The notes under the pieces were generated by a model. The model was not told where the DNA came from, did no database searches, and worked only from the letters and a program-made list of their open reading frames with translations. A stretch of DNA of 53,589 bases from Flavobacteriales bacterium (GTDB lineage: Bacteria; Bacteroidota; Bacteroidia; CAIKAF01): the NCBI GenBank assembly GCA_025451295.1, contig JANWKQ010000126.1, positions 1 through 53,589 of the forward strand, written 5' to 3'. The position numbers and the translations under genes were made by a program. Positions 10,404-20,762 of the stretch are shown piece by piece; position 1 is the first letter of the stretch; each line of letters begins with the position of its first letter.

Positions 10404-11030
10404 TTATTGATTAAAATTCATGGATGCATAATTATCTGATAAATATTTACGGCCTTTATTGCTGGCAATCGCATGTATATGGTATAAAAATATTTCACGG
10501 TAAATCTTTACTGGATGCATGTCTTTTCCAAAGGCTTCCGAATTCTCAAAAATATTTACTACCATTAAAATATAGTTGGTTGAGATGACCGGAATATTGA
10601 TGTCCTGCCTGTAATAACCTTCGTTTACTCCTTTGGCCAGATTTTCCTCTACACATTTTTTTGAAAAGGTCCACATGAAATTTCTTTGAAGCGCATAAGC
10701 CTCAGGATGGTATTTTTTGAGATCGTATAAAATATTCGGCGGCACGTCCTCTATATTCTTAACAATGCTTTTGAAAATCTCGAAACTCTCATCAATCGCA
10801 TTTAATTTTTTCTCAACCACAGCGCATATCTGTTCATGATCCATTTGCATGTCCATCTCAATTACCTGTTTGATGAGATCATTCTTATCTGCGACGTATT
10901 GATAGAGTGTTTTTTTTGATATACCCAATTCACGGGCAATATCATCCATGGTCATGCTCTTTATCCCATACTTCAGGATAAGCTTTCCGGCAGCTTCGAG
11001 AACTTTTAATTTTTTTTCTTCGACTTCCAT
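10404..11030 (-). CDS. TetR/AcrR family transcriptional regulator
   Basis: TMDDIARELGISKKTLYQY HTH; first gene of efflux operon. Confidence 0.95.
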   Translation of the reverse strand: MEVEEKKLKVLEAAGKLILKYGIKSMTMDDIARELGISKKTLYQYVADKNDLIKQVIEMDMQMDHEQICAVVEKKLNAIDESFEIFKSIVKNIEDVPPNILYDLKKYHPEAYALQRNFMWTFSKKCVEENLAKGVNEGYYRQDINIPVISTNYILMVVNIFENSEAFGKDMHPVKIYREIFLYHIHAIASNKGRKYLSDNYASMNFNQ

Positions 11031-11051
11031 GGTTAATAATTAAATGGTCTT

Positions 11052-11113
11052 GAAATCAGAGGCAAAGGTTAAATGATTTCCCAAAGGAAACAAATATTTT
11101 TAAAAACGTTTCC
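11052..11113. promoter_or_regulatory. Two inverted repeats, candidate TetR operators
   Basis: gaaatca(11052-58)...tgatttc(11074-80) flanks a near-consensus minus-strand -7 element (AACCTTTG); ggaaac(11086-91)...gtttcc(11108-13). Confidence 0.4.
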
Positions 11114-11219
11114 ATAGTTTTTAAAGTTTTTTAACCTAATAATCAAGATTATATATAAAGTGTCTGAAAACGAGGTCCTCAATCGGGTAAAAATCTATTT
11201 TAGCTTAAAATTACTTACC

Positions 11220-13406
11220 ATGAAATATTCCCTAAGCCTTCTTGCTGTGCTTGTTTGTGCCGGTTTTACCTATTCGCAAAAGAACTTCACTATTGAACAG
11301 GCCACTTCGGGGCAGTTCAGGGAATTTGCGCCCCAAACCTATAATTTTGTAAAGTGGCGAGGTAAAACACATGACTTTACCTATGTGGTAGATTATTCTA
11401 CACTGATGATGGTCACCGAAAAAAGTGGATGGCAGTCAAGCTCATTGTCCGATCTTTCCAAATTTAAATCCAGTCTGAAAAGTTATGTAAGCGCTACGGA
11501 TCTCAATCCCGACGATCTGAGTTTTTTCCCTTATGATTACAATTGGGTTACTGATTCTGTGATCATGGTGGAAGCTGCTGGCAAGAATTTTAATTATGCC
11601 CTCAGCTTCAATCCTTTTTCGGGTAAGATCAAACAATTATTCTATTATGATGTGAATGCCGCAAACCCAGCTTATTCTCCATTAAATACTGGAGCGGCTT
11701 ATACCATTGATAACAATATTTTTTTTAGCACCGGAAACGGGTCAGGGACTTTTTCGGTGACCAGTGACGAGGATAAAGGAATTGTGAACGGAGCCAGTGT
11801 GCATCGACAGGAGTTCGGGATTGACAGAGGCCTCTTCTTTTCTCCGAAGGGGAATTATATTGCCTACTATCGGAAGGATGAGACCATGGTTGCTGATTAT
11901 CCTTTGGTAAATACTGCTTTGAGGATAGCTGCAACTAAAAATATTAAATATCCAATGGCCGGTGAAAAAAGTGAGGAAGTTACATTGGTGATTTTTAATA
12001 CAACCTCTCAGCAGAAAACCACAGTAAAGACTACTGGTCCAGCGGAGCAATACCTCACCTCTATTACATGGGACCCAACCGAAAAGTATATTTATGTAGG
12101 TATTCTTAACCGCGATCAAAATCATCTGCAAATGAACAAGTATGATGCGGTTAGCGGCAACTTTCTTCAAACCTTGTTTGAGGAAAAACATGCAAAGTAT
12201 GTGGAACCCCTGACTCCATTAACATTCATGAGTACCAAGCCGAATCAATTTATCTTTCAGTCGGCCAGAGACGGACATAATCATTTATATCTCTATGATA
12301 CAAACGGAAAACTTATCAAACAATTAACGAAGGGAGACTGGATCGTTACCGAACTGGTTGGATTTGATACAAAGGAGGAGAATTTATTTTTCATCTCGAA
12401 TATGGATGAAGCTATAGGCCGGCATTTATGTTCTGTGAATATAAAAAGTGGAAAGATCAACCGGATCACCAAGACCCCCGGAACACATTCCGGTATGCTT
12501 TCGAAGGACGGAATGTTTTGGGTAGACTTTGTAACAAATACCGAGATCATTAATACGGTTACACTCATTCAAACGAAGACTGGTAAACTGGTTGCTCCAC
12601 TTTTAACCGCACCGGATACTTATTCTTCGATCAATATGCCAAAACTGGAAATGGTGACCATTATTGCGGCAGACGGAAAGACGCAGTTGTACGGACGATT
12701 GATCACACCGCCCAATATGGATAAAACAAAAAAACATCCAACAATTGTATATGTATATGGAGGTCCTCATGCACAACTTGTAACGAATCGTTGGTTAGGA
12801 GGAGCCACTTTGTTTGAATACTATATGGCTCAACAGGGTTTTGTCATGTTCACAATGGATAATCGCGGTTCGGAAGGCAGAGGAATGGATTTCGAAAATG
12901 TAATTCATCGTCAGCTGGGTCAAAACGAAATGGCGGATCAGATGAAAGGGGTTGAATATTTGAAATCGCAATCATTTGTTGATGGTAGTAAAATGGGTGT
13001 TTACGGATGGAGTTTTGGTGGATTTATGACCATCTCCTTAATGCTTAATCACAGCGATGTATTTAAAGTGGCGGTAGCCGGTGGACCTGTTTGCGACTGG
13101 AAGTATTATGAAGTGATGTACGGCGAAAGATATATGGATACACCACAGGACAACAAAGAAGGATATGATAAAACATCTGTGATCAATAAAGCAGAAAACT
13201 TAAAAGGGAAATTGCTGGTGATCCATGGTGCACAGGATGATGTGGTTTTGATGCAAAACAGTATGGAGTTTATTAATGCCTGCATTAAAAAAGGTAAGCA
13301 AGTGGATTATTTTTTATATCCGGATCATAAACACAATGTACGTGGAAAAGACAGGGTACACCTGAATACAAAGATCTCAGAATATTTTTTAACCCATTTA
13401 AAATAA
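11220..13406 (+). CDS. S9B family peptidase (dipeptidyl peptidase IV / prolyl tripeptidyl peptidase-like)
   Basis: Signal peptide from ATG 11220; YVYGGPH, DNRGS, GWSFGG nucleophile, HGAQDDVV, HNV. Confidence 0.93.
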   Translation: MKYSLSLLAVLVCAGFTYSQKNFTIEQATSGQFREFAPQTYNFVKWRGKTHDFTYVVDYSTLMMVTEKSGWQSSSLSDLSKFKSSLKSYVSATDLNPDDLSFFPYDYNWVTDSVIMVEAAGKNFNYALSFNPFSGKIKQLFYYDVNAANPAYSPLNTGAAYTIDNNIFFSTGNGSGTFSVTSDEDKGIVNGASVHRQEFGIDRGLFFSPKGNYIAYYRKDETMVADYPLVNTALRIAATKNIKYPMAGEKSEEVTLVIFNTTSQQKTTVKTTGPAEQYLTSITWDPTEKYIYVGILNRDQNHLQMNKYDAVSGNFLQTLFEEKHAKYVEPLTPLTFMSTKPNQFIFQSARDGHNHLYLYDTNGKLIKQLTKGDWIVTELVGFDTKEENLFFISNMDEAIGRHLCSVNIKSGKINRITKTPGTHSGMLSKDGMFWVDFVTNTEIINTVTLIQTKTGKLVAPLLTAPDTYSSINMPKLEMVTIIAADGKTQLYGRLITPPNMDKTKKHPTIVYVYGGPHAQLVTNRWLGGATLFEYYMAQQGFVMFTMDNRGSEGRGMDFENVIHRQLGQNEMADQMKGVEYLKSQSFVDGSKMGVYGWSFGGFMTISLMLNHSDVFKVAVAGGPVCDWKYYEVMYGERYMDTPQDNKEGYDKTSVINKAENLKGKLLVIHGAQDDVVLMQNSMEFINACIKKGKQVDYFLYPDHKHNVRGKDRVHLNTKISEYFLTHLK

Positions 13407-13412
13407 AGAACC

Positions 13413-13820
13413 ATGGCCAGAGCTAAAGGAACCAAGGAAGATCCCTGGAAATTAAAAACTCCACCATTAACCTCCGACTACGAAATGTATAAGGATGTAA
13501 AAGACGGAAAAGAAGTAATCGTTTGTACGGTAGGAAAGACGGTTTTACTATATGATGCAAGATGTTTGAATGATCTGCATGCGATGCTCAAAAAACATGG
13601 TGATTGGATGGAATTGGGTTCGGCCGATGAACAGAAACCTGCGAAGGACGGAACCGTAGAAGCGTGGGGCAGAGATCCTAAAAATCCGGTGAAGGGTTGG
13701 TATGGTTTGAAAAAAGGATTAAGAGGTAGGTTTGGAATGTATGTTCCGCCCTTAATGGAAGAGCTTGGTTTAGCAGAGGTAGAACATAATCCGAAAAATA
13801 ATCGGATGAAGGCGAAGTAA
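13413..13820 (+). CDS. Conserved hypothetical protein (probably DUF6855)
   Basis: GTKEDPWKLKTPP, GSADEQKPA, TVEAWGR, GWYGLKKGLRGRFG; family assignment from memory. Confidence 0.65.
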   Translation: MARAKGTKEDPWKLKTPPLTSDYEMYKDVKDGKEVIVCTVGKTVLLYDARCLNDLHAMLKKHGDWMELGSADEQKPAKDGTVEAWGRDPKNPVKGWYGLKKGLRGRFGMYVPPLMEELGLAEVEHNPKNNRMKAK

Positions 13821-13834
13821 GCGCATCCCTTTTT

Positions 13835-14473
13835 ATGAAAACGTTTTCCTGTTTGGTTATTGTTTGTTTGGCGAGTATTCAAGCTCATGCCCAAAAGCTG
13901 AGAACCTGTATCCCGATATACGAACTAGAGAACCCTACAGAGAAAAGAATTAAAAAATATGTTTGCAACTGCAGGTATCTGGATTATAGCGAGAATAAAA
14001 CGATCCAGGAAGAAGGGTACTATAAGGATTGTCTGGAGGAAGGAAAATGGATTACGTATAGTGACTCAGGCCGAGTTTGGATGATAATAAACTACAAAGC
14101 CGGCCAACGACACGGAGAATTTATTAGCTACTTTGCCAATGGTCAAATCGCAATAAAATGTAATTGGGATAATGGAAAGTATCATGGGGCCTATTATAAG
14201 TATGATTATGACGGAAATCTCTGTGAAGAGAACGAATTTGACCATTCCCGACTTGTTAAATCGAATAAAATAAAGGATTGGGAAATGGATGGTGTTCAGT
14301 CTTATATTTACGAAACAGATACATTAAACAACCTTATTCCTGGAGTTTATGTCTGGGAAAAAGGTCAAAGAATCCGACTGCGAGATTTCACACAAAATGA
14401 AACAGATACGGGAGTGGTTGATTTTGATTTGACTCGTGAGGTCCTTGACGAGTATTATAAGAACAAAAAGTAA
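13835..14473 (+). CDS. Exported MORN-variant / YwqK-like repeat protein
   Basis: Signal peptide; repeats EGKWITYSDSG, HGEFISYFANG, HGAYYKYDYDG. Confidence 0.8.
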   Translation: MKTFSCLVIVCLASIQAHAQKLRTCIPIYELENPTEKRIKKYVCNCRYLDYSENKTIQEEGYYKDCLEEGKWITYSDSGRVWMIINYKAGQRHGEFISYFANGQIAIKCNWDNGKYHGAYYKYDYDGNLCEENEFDHSRLVKSNKIKDWEMDGVQSYIYETDTLNNLIPGVYVWEKGQRIRLRDFTQNETDTGVVDFDLTREVLDEYYKNKK

Positions 14474-14519
14474 AAGGAACGTGCATTTGTGTTGGATATA
14501 ATTATTGGGCAAGGGTCCT

Positions 14520-14900
14520 ATGAAAAAATTAATGACTTTAGTTAGTCTAACTGGCTGTTTTATCTGGTTGTCCTGTGGAGCCAAAAAATACCCGCCTCCA
14601 AAAACCTGGACGGATATAGACGTTGACCGACTTTTTACCGCCTGTGATTGTGTTCATGCCTGGAACCTGGTTTATTCGGAGCAATTGGTTATTTCTGAAA
14701 ATTGGGATAGTTTGGATTCGAAAAACTATTATTCGAATCTGGATACAATTTCAAAATTAGCTGATCTAATCGATCACATTGATTCCCGGTGCTATGCGGA
14801 AATGTACGTGCCAGCGCATGAAATTTACAAATGTGCTGAATACGATGAGATGAAGAAAAATATGGATAAACTAAAACAAGTTGAACAACCATTAAAATAA
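14520..14900 (+). CDS. Hypothetical lipoprotein
   Basis: ATG 14520 MKKL..., lipobox WLSC, ACDC motif and two further Cys. Confidence 0.65.
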   Translation: MKKLMTLVSLTGCFIWLSCGAKKYPPPKTWTDIDVDRLFTACDCVHAWNLVYSEQLVISENWDSLDSKNYYSNLDTISKLADLIDHIDSRCYAEMYVPAHEIYKCAEYDEMKKNMDKLKQVEQPLK

Positions 14901-14947
14901 TGATTGGTACGAATAGTTTACCTTATTGAGACCAGAAAAAGCAGCAG

Positions 14948-15520
14948 TTAATCATACAAATGATAATCATCTATATACTGCCATACTTTTTCGGGCAGAA
15001 GATCGCAAATATTTTTTTTATTTTTAATGCAAGCGCGGATATAGGTGCTTGACACTTCCATGTTAGGCGCATCGACCATTTTTACATGTGGATGATCTTT
15101 GAATTTGATTGCTTCCACCCCTGGACGCGGATATACATATAGTTCGTAATTGTCCAAAATCACCTGAAAGTTTTTCCACTTATCGAAGTTATTAAGATTA
15201 TCCTCTCCAAGAATAAGTACAAATTGATGATCCTGATGTTTTTCTTTTAAATGAGCAAGTGTATGAATGGTATAATTGGGTTGGGGTAAGCCAAACTCAA
15301 TTTTAGATGTTCTGAACTTCGGATATTCCTCTATCGCCATTTGAACCAACTCCAGTCTTTTATAATCATCGAGTAAAGTCGATTTGTGTTTTAACGGATT
15401 ATGGGGTGAAACCACAAACCAGATCTGATCCAGATCCGTATGTTTGATAAAATAATCTGCTAACGATAAATGCCCGTTGTGTATGGGATTGAAGGAGCCA
15501 AAGAATAAACCTATTTTCAA
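14948..15520 (-). CDS. nadD: Nicotinate-nucleotide adenylyltransferase
   Basis: GSFNPIHNGH, SPHNPLK, YTIHTL, ILGEDN, KWKN, VSSTYIR; TTG start. Confidence 0.95.
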   Translation of the reverse strand: MKIGLFFGSFNPIHNGHLSLADYFIKHTDLDQIWFVVSPHNPLKHKSTLLDDYKRLELVQMAIEEYPKFRTSKIEFGLPQPNYTIHTLAHLKEKHQDHQFVLILGEDNLNNFDKWKNFQVILDNYELYVYPRPGVEAIKFKDHPHVKMVDAPNMEVSSTYIRACIKNKKNICDLLPEKVWQYIDDYHLYD

Positions 15521-15526
15521 AGGATG

Positions 15527-16756
15527 TTAAGAGTTGGAAACTTTTAGCGGCTCTTTTCTTTTGATATAATTTTCATAGATAAACCAGCATGTTGATACAA
15601 ATCCAATGGAAATGCTGAGTACCAGCATTAATAAAAACCAGGCATGATAAGATTCATAATACAGTGTGTTCAATAAAACACCGGCACCAATCAAGCGAAT
15701 GATCTCAATCGGAAAACGTTTGGTTTTATTTTCAAGAATGTATCCACATGATTGAATGGTGAGGATCACCAACCCCAGACAAGCAATTTTATAAAAAGTG
15801 GAAAGATCATTGAATTCCAGGATATACATAATGAGTCCTGCGGTTAAAGCAACAAATTGGGTAAGTACATAAATTCTCATGTTCATGCTTACCGGAGCCG
15901 GATTTACTTTTGGCTGGGCAGTATAATATTCTTTGATGAGATTTCCAAGATAGGAGGGACTTCTGAAAGCAATGGTGAGTTTTCTCCAGAAACTTTTTTC
16001 TTTTCTGGCACCCACTGCCATTTCTTTATAGAAATGCACATTGGCATAAATGGGATCAAGACTCGTATGCCCGACCGTAATTCCATAAACAGGCTCTTCT
16101 TCTTCTTTAGCGAAAGTTCCAAATATACGATCCCAGAAAATGAATACGGCGGCATAGTTTTTATCGAGATACTGCGGATTGGTTGCATGATGCACCCGAT
16201 GATGAGATGGGGTGTTAAAGATGAACTCAAACCATCTTGGCATTTTTTTAATGGCTTTGGTATGGATCCAGTATTGGAATAAGGTAACAAAACCACCCAC
16301 ACCACCAATCACCTCTACAGGTACCACCAATGCCAACGGAAGGAACATCCAGAATGAAAGAAAAGAATGGAACCAGCTCTGGCGAAGTGCCACGGAAAGA
16401 TTGTACTGGTCACTTTGATGATGCACAATATGTGCACCCCACATTACATTCCATTCATGTCCCCAGCGATGAGCCCAATAGTAAATACAATCGAAAGCAA
16501 GTAAAGTGCCTATCCATACAAATGCATTATCGACCGGCAGAACCAGCAGGTGGAAATTATCATATATAATGCTATACAATCCCAGCATAATTAACGTTAG
16601 CATGAGGCTAACCGTTTGCTGGCCTATGCCAATATTCAAATTGGTAATGGCGTCATTAAAATTATAGTATTTCTTTTTCTGATAATAGCCAAATAGCATT
16701 TCCAGACCAATTGTCAGGAAAAAAAACGGAATGGCAAATACGATCATGTCTTTCAT
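15527..16756 (-). CDS. Sterol desaturase / fatty acid hydroxylase family membrane enzyme (alkylglycerol monooxygenase-like)
   Basis: His boxes YWAHRWGH, HIVHH, WIHT, HHRVHH; NLSVALRQ; C-terminal TM extension. Confidence 0.88.
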   Translation of the reverse strand: MKDMIVFAIPFFFLTIGLEMLFGYYQKKKYYNFNDAITNLNIGIGQQTVSLMLTLIMLGLYSIIYDNFHLLVLPVDNAFVWIGTLLAFDCIYYWAHRWGHEWNVMWGAHIVHHQSDQYNLSVALRQSWFHSFLSFWMFLPLALVVPVEVIGGVGGFVTLFQYWIHTKAIKKMPRWFEFIFNTPSHHRVHHATNPQYLDKNYAAVFIFWDRIFGTFAKEEEEPVYGITVGHTSLDPIYANVHFYKEMAVGARKEKSFWRKLTIAFRSPSYLGNLIKEYYTAQPKVNPAPVSMNMRIYVLTQFVALTAGLIMYILEFNDLSTFYKIACLGLVILTIQSCGYILENKTKRFPIEIIRLIGAGVLLNTLYYESYHAWFLLMLVLSISIGFVSTCWFIYENYIKRKEPLKVSNS

Positions 16757-16797
16757 TGATCAGAAATAACTTTATAGGTTAAAGATACCAATTTTTT

Positions 16798-16805
16798 TAA
16801 CTTTG
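16798..16805 (+). promoter_or_regulatory. -7 promoter element (TAACTTTG)
   Basis: TAnnTTTG about 15 nt upstream of ATG 16820. Confidence 0.55.
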
Positions 16806-16819
16806 ATGGAGATAGATAT

Positions 16820-18334
16820 ATGACATTGCGCTACATTTTAGTTATTTTAAGTATTGGCTGTTCCGGTTTTTTGAATGCACAATACTATCGTGTATTTTTT
16901 TCCGATAAGGGAGAAAACATTGGTGCAGATTTTTATCAGACCCCCGTTCCTGTAAGGTATATTGATGAGGTAAAGCTGCACTGCGACTCAGTTTGGATGA
17001 TCTCCAACTGGCTTAACTATGCACTCATCGAATCAGAAAAAGATATCTCGACATTGCAGCAACTTCCCTTTGTAGATCATGTGGAGAAAATACATTCAAC
17101 ACAATCTGTATCGTTACAGTTAAACGAGTATTCATGGTTAGAAAAAGATTCCCTGGATCCGGTTGAACTGGATGAGCACCGGCAATGGCAATTGGACACA
17201 CTTGGTTATTCTTTTTTCCGGGGAAAAAATATAAGAGGGAAGGGTATTGTTGTGGCAATCATCGATGCAGGTTTTACCAAAGCTGATGAAAGCAATGCGT
17301 TCAAGGAGATTTTTGCTACCAACCGTGTTTTAAAGACCTGGGATTTTCTGGATAATGATACAAACGTGTATCACGGCTCAACCCACGGAACCTCTGTCTG
17401 GGGCTGCATAGCTGGTACCTTGGATGGAAAGTCAACCGGACTTGCCACCGAAGCTTCGTTTATTTTATTAAGAAGCGAAGATCAGCAAACCGAGACGATG
17501 GCCGATGAAGATCGATGGATACAGGCCATCGAAAAAGCCTATGAATGGGGAGCTGATATCGACAACAGTTCTGTGGGGTTTACTGATGTATTGCATAGCC
17601 GCGACCAGGTGAATGGCCAATCATTGATCTCCCAGGCGGCGGAGATTGCAACACAGAAAGGAATGCTGGTGGTGGTTGCCGGAGGAAATGAACTGGTTAC
17701 GATCTGGCGAACATTAGCTATACCGGCAGATGCGGAAGGTGTGATTGCAGTAGGAGCCATTGATCGGCATGGATATCAAACTTATTTCAGTTCGGTAGGC
17801 CCCACAGCTGATGGTCGTGCCAAGCCTGATGTGGTGGCGCCGGGGACCTGTGCGATCGTAAAAGGGAATGACCTGGTTTTGGGTAACGGCACTTCCTTCG
17901 CAGCACCTTTGGTTACCGGATATTTAGCTTGTATGATGGAATTAAAAGGCAAAAAGAATTTTATAAAAGACAGCCTTAAATATTATGGAGGATTGTATCC
18001 ATATTTCGATTATGTATTTGGTTATGGTGTACCGGGAATAGTAGCCAGGGATTCGAGTCTCGGTTATTCTTATGGACTGAATAAAGAACTTCGTAATTTT
18101 CATATCGCCGGAAGCGAAGTAGCAGCTCAGGATGAGGTTTGCTTTAATATCCGGTTGAAAATTGTGGGAGAAGATGGAAAAATAAAATTTTCAAGATATT
18201 ATAAGAAGATCACCGGTGGAAAATTAAAAGTACCGATAGGTGCTAAACAGCCTTTTAATTATACCAAGTATTACGATGAACAACCCACAGACAAGTGGTG
18301 CATCTGGTGGGACGGCCAGTATTTTGAATTTTAA
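16820..18334 (+). CDS. S8 subtilisin-like serine peptidase
   Basis: Triad IIDAG / HGTSV / GTSFAAP; KPDVVAPG; FGYG; signal peptide. Confidence 0.92.
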   Translation: MTLRYILVILSIGCSGFLNAQYYRVFFSDKGENIGADFYQTPVPVRYIDEVKLHCDSVWMISNWLNYALIESEKDISTLQQLPFVDHVEKIHSTQSVSLQLNEYSWLEKDSLDPVELDEHRQWQLDTLGYSFFRGKNIRGKGIVVAIIDAGFTKADESNAFKEIFATNRVLKTWDFLDNDTNVYHGSTHGTSVWGCIAGTLDGKSTGLATEASFILLRSEDQQTETMADEDRWIQAIEKAYEWGADIDNSSVGFTDVLHSRDQVNGQSLISQAAEIATQKGMLVVVAGGNELVTIWRTLAIPADAEGVIAVGAIDRHGYQTYFSSVGPTADGRAKPDVVAPGTCAIVKGNDLVLGNGTSFAAPLVTGYLACMMELKGKKNFIKDSLKYYGGLYPYFDYVFGYGVPGIVARDSSLGYSYGLNKELRNFHIAGSEVAAQDEVCFNIRLKIVGEDGKIKFSRYYKKITGGKLKVPIGAKQPFNYTKYYDEQPTDKWCIWWDGQYFEF

Positions 18335-18480
18335 GTTGGACCTGGCTGCTAGGCAATATGAGGGCCAACGTCTTGGCCATTAAATACATGAGATTTGTTG
18401 AAAAACCAGTGTTAAATTTAAAAGGGCGGGTGAATTCCTCATTTACTATCCATATCTTTATATATCTAAAAACTGGTTCA

Positions 18481-20742
18481 ATGAAAAAACTCCTACTTAT
18501 TTTTTCAATTGGTTGTTGTACAACACTCTTTTCACAAAACTTTATCGTTCAGAATTCTCAGGAAACGAATTTTAAGTTTCTTTCCGGTGATGAATATGAA
18601 TCTGAAATCGAATTTAATGTGGGAGATATTTCCTATCTGGTAGTGAATACTCCCAACGGACCCGCTTATGCGATTTCCACACCCGATGGTACTCCTATCC
18701 TGGAAGCCGGTTATCCTGATCTTCCTAAGATGAATGCATCCATTATTGTTCCTGATGATGAAGCAATGCAGATCCAGGTTGTATCGGCGGAATATACTGA
18801 CTATCCAAATATAGATGTGGCTCCGTCAAAAGGAACCCTCTCCAGAGTATTTGATCCGGCATCAGTTCCATTCGCCTATGCAGATGTTTACAATCATGAT
18901 GTTTTTTACCCGTTCGATCTGGCTCATCTGAATCATCCTTATATACTTAGAGATTTCAGAGCACAAACGATTACTGTAAATCCTGTTCAGTACAATTCAG
19001 CTACCCGTACCCTGAGAGTTTACACCAAGATCAAACTCGCCATTTCAGTTTCGAATGCTGAACCCGAAAATATATTGGTAAGAAACCCGAATGCTATTTC
19101 AACGGAACAAGAATTCAGCGGATTGTATGGCAATCGTTTTCTCAACTATAATAATACATCACGATACTCGGCCGTAAACGACAATGGTAGTATGCTTATC
19201 ATTTCATATCCTACTTTTGAAGCTGCGATGCAACCTTTCGTGGATTGGAAAATTCAGCGTGGAATGAAAACGGTAATGGTCAATACTACGACCACCGGTT
19301 CTACCACTGCTGCTATCAAAAGCTATATTCAAACTTATTATACCGCAAATCCTGATCTGAAATATGTTTTGTTTGTGGGTGATGATGCGCAAATCCCGGC
19401 AGCTCAGCCAGGGGTTAATAGCATAGCCGGACCCTCTGATAATTTTTACGGTTATCTTTCCGGTAATGATCACTATCCGGAAATTTTTGTTGGAAGATTT
19501 TCTGCAACGACTGTAGCACATGTAAATACGCAGGTTCAGCGCAGTATTGAATATGAAAAAACTCCTGTAGTACAGGCATCTTTTGGTAAGTCTGTTCATA
19601 TTGGATCAGATCAGGGACCTGGTGACGATGGTGAAATGGATTTTCAACATCAGAGAAATCTTCGTTCCATGTTACTTGGATATACATATTCGTTGGGAGA
19701 TGAATTTTATGATGGAAGCCAGGGAGGTGTGGATGCACCTGGTAATCCTGGACCCATGGATGTTGCCAATGCCTTGGATGCAGGAAGAGGTGTAATGTTA
19801 TACACAGGCCATGGTTCTACCTATGCTTGCAGTACCAGTGGATTCAGTACTTCTGAAGTACCTAATTTACAAAATGCCGGTATGTTACCATTCATCTGGT
19901 CAGTGGCCTGTGTAAATGGTGAATTTACCACAGCTACCTGTTTGGCAGAAGTTTGTTTGAGAAGTGCGAATGGTTCAGGTCAACCTATTGGTGCGATTGG
20001 TACCATGATGAGCACGATCAATCAATATTGGAATGAACCTATGGAAGGTCAGGACGAAATGGTGAACCTCTTAACAACGGTTGTAGTTGGATACGATAAA
20101 AAAACTTTTGGTGCATTATCCATGAATGGATGTATGCAAATGAATGATGCTTACGGTTCTTCAGGAATGGATATGACGGATACCTGGACTTGTTTTGGAG
20201 ATCCTTCATTAATGGTGAGAACTACCACACCAATGGCATTAACAGCTTCACATGTAACCGCTGACGTACCAGGTATTACCTCAGTCGTAGTTACCTGTAA
20301 TGTAGAGGGTGGATTTGTAGCTTTAACCAGGAACAATATTATTCTGGGTACCGGAACTGTTTCAGGTGGAAATGCAACTGTTACTATTCCAGCTGCAGCC
20401 GAAGGTGATGTAATCACCGTAACTGTCACCGCATATAATTATGTTCCCCATGTTGGAACTGTTACCATTACTTCAGCTGCTGCTGGTGTAGATGAGAACA
20501 TGTTACCAGGTGTAAGTATTTATCCAAATCCAACCACCGACTATATTTCTATTCAGACAGTGAATGGAGCAACTGTGGATATGATCAATGTATATGATAT
20601 GAATGGTAAAATGGTATTTACAAGCAATAATACCGTTTCCGGACCCTACTCAATTCCTGCCTCTGACTGGGCAAAAGGAATGTACAACGTCCAGATGACT
20701 TCGGCTGGAAAAACCAGCGTTTACAAAGTAATGTTGAAATAG
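18481..20742 (+). CDS. C25 (gingipain-like) cysteine peptidase with propeptide, Ig-like domain and T9SS CTD
   Basis: Signal peptide from ATG 18481; GYPDLP propeptide, LFVGD, PEIFVGRFSA, YTGHG (His), SVACVNG (Cys), FGDPSL, IYPNP...KVMLK CTD. Confidence 0.9.
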   Translation: MKKLLLIFSIGCCTTLFSQNFIVQNSQETNFKFLSGDEYESEIEFNVGDISYLVVNTPNGPAYAISTPDGTPILEAGYPDLPKMNASIIVPDDEAMQIQVVSAEYTDYPNIDVAPSKGTLSRVFDPASVPFAYADVYNHDVFYPFDLAHLNHPYILRDFRAQTITVNPVQYNSATRTLRVYTKIKLAISVSNAEPENILVRNPNAISTEQEFSGLYGNRFLNYNNTSRYSAVNDNGSMLIISYPTFEAAMQPFVDWKIQRGMKTVMVNTTTTGSTTAAIKSYIQTYYTANPDLKYVLFVGDDAQIPAAQPGVNSIAGPSDNFYGYLSGNDHYPEIFVGRFSATTVAHVNTQVQRSIEYEKTPVVQASFGKSVHIGSDQGPGDDGEMDFQHQRNLRSMLLGYTYSLGDEFYDGSQGGVDAPGNPGPMDVANALDAGRGVMLYTGHGSTYACSTSGFSTSEVPNLQNAGMLPFIWSVACVNGEFTTATCLAEVCLRSANGSGQPIGAIGTMMSTINQYWNEPMEGQDEMVNLLTTVVVGYDKKTFGALSMNGCMQMNDAYGSSGMDMTDTWTCFGDPSLMVRTTTPMALTASHVTADVPGITSVVVTCNVEGGFVALTRNNIILGTGTVSGGNATVTIPAAAEGDVITVTVTAYNYVPHVGTVTITSAAAGVDENMLPGVSIYPNPTTDYISIQTVNGATVDMINVYDMNGKMVFTSNNTVSGPYSIPASDWAKGMYNVQMTSAGKTSVYKVMLK

Positions 20743-20762
20743 AAAATAATTTTTATAAATGA

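Noticed and set aside
13835-14473. YwqK 'antitoxin' as part of a toxin-antitoxin system
   Set aside because: Only generic MORN-variant repeats; no cognate toxin or nuclease is adjacent.
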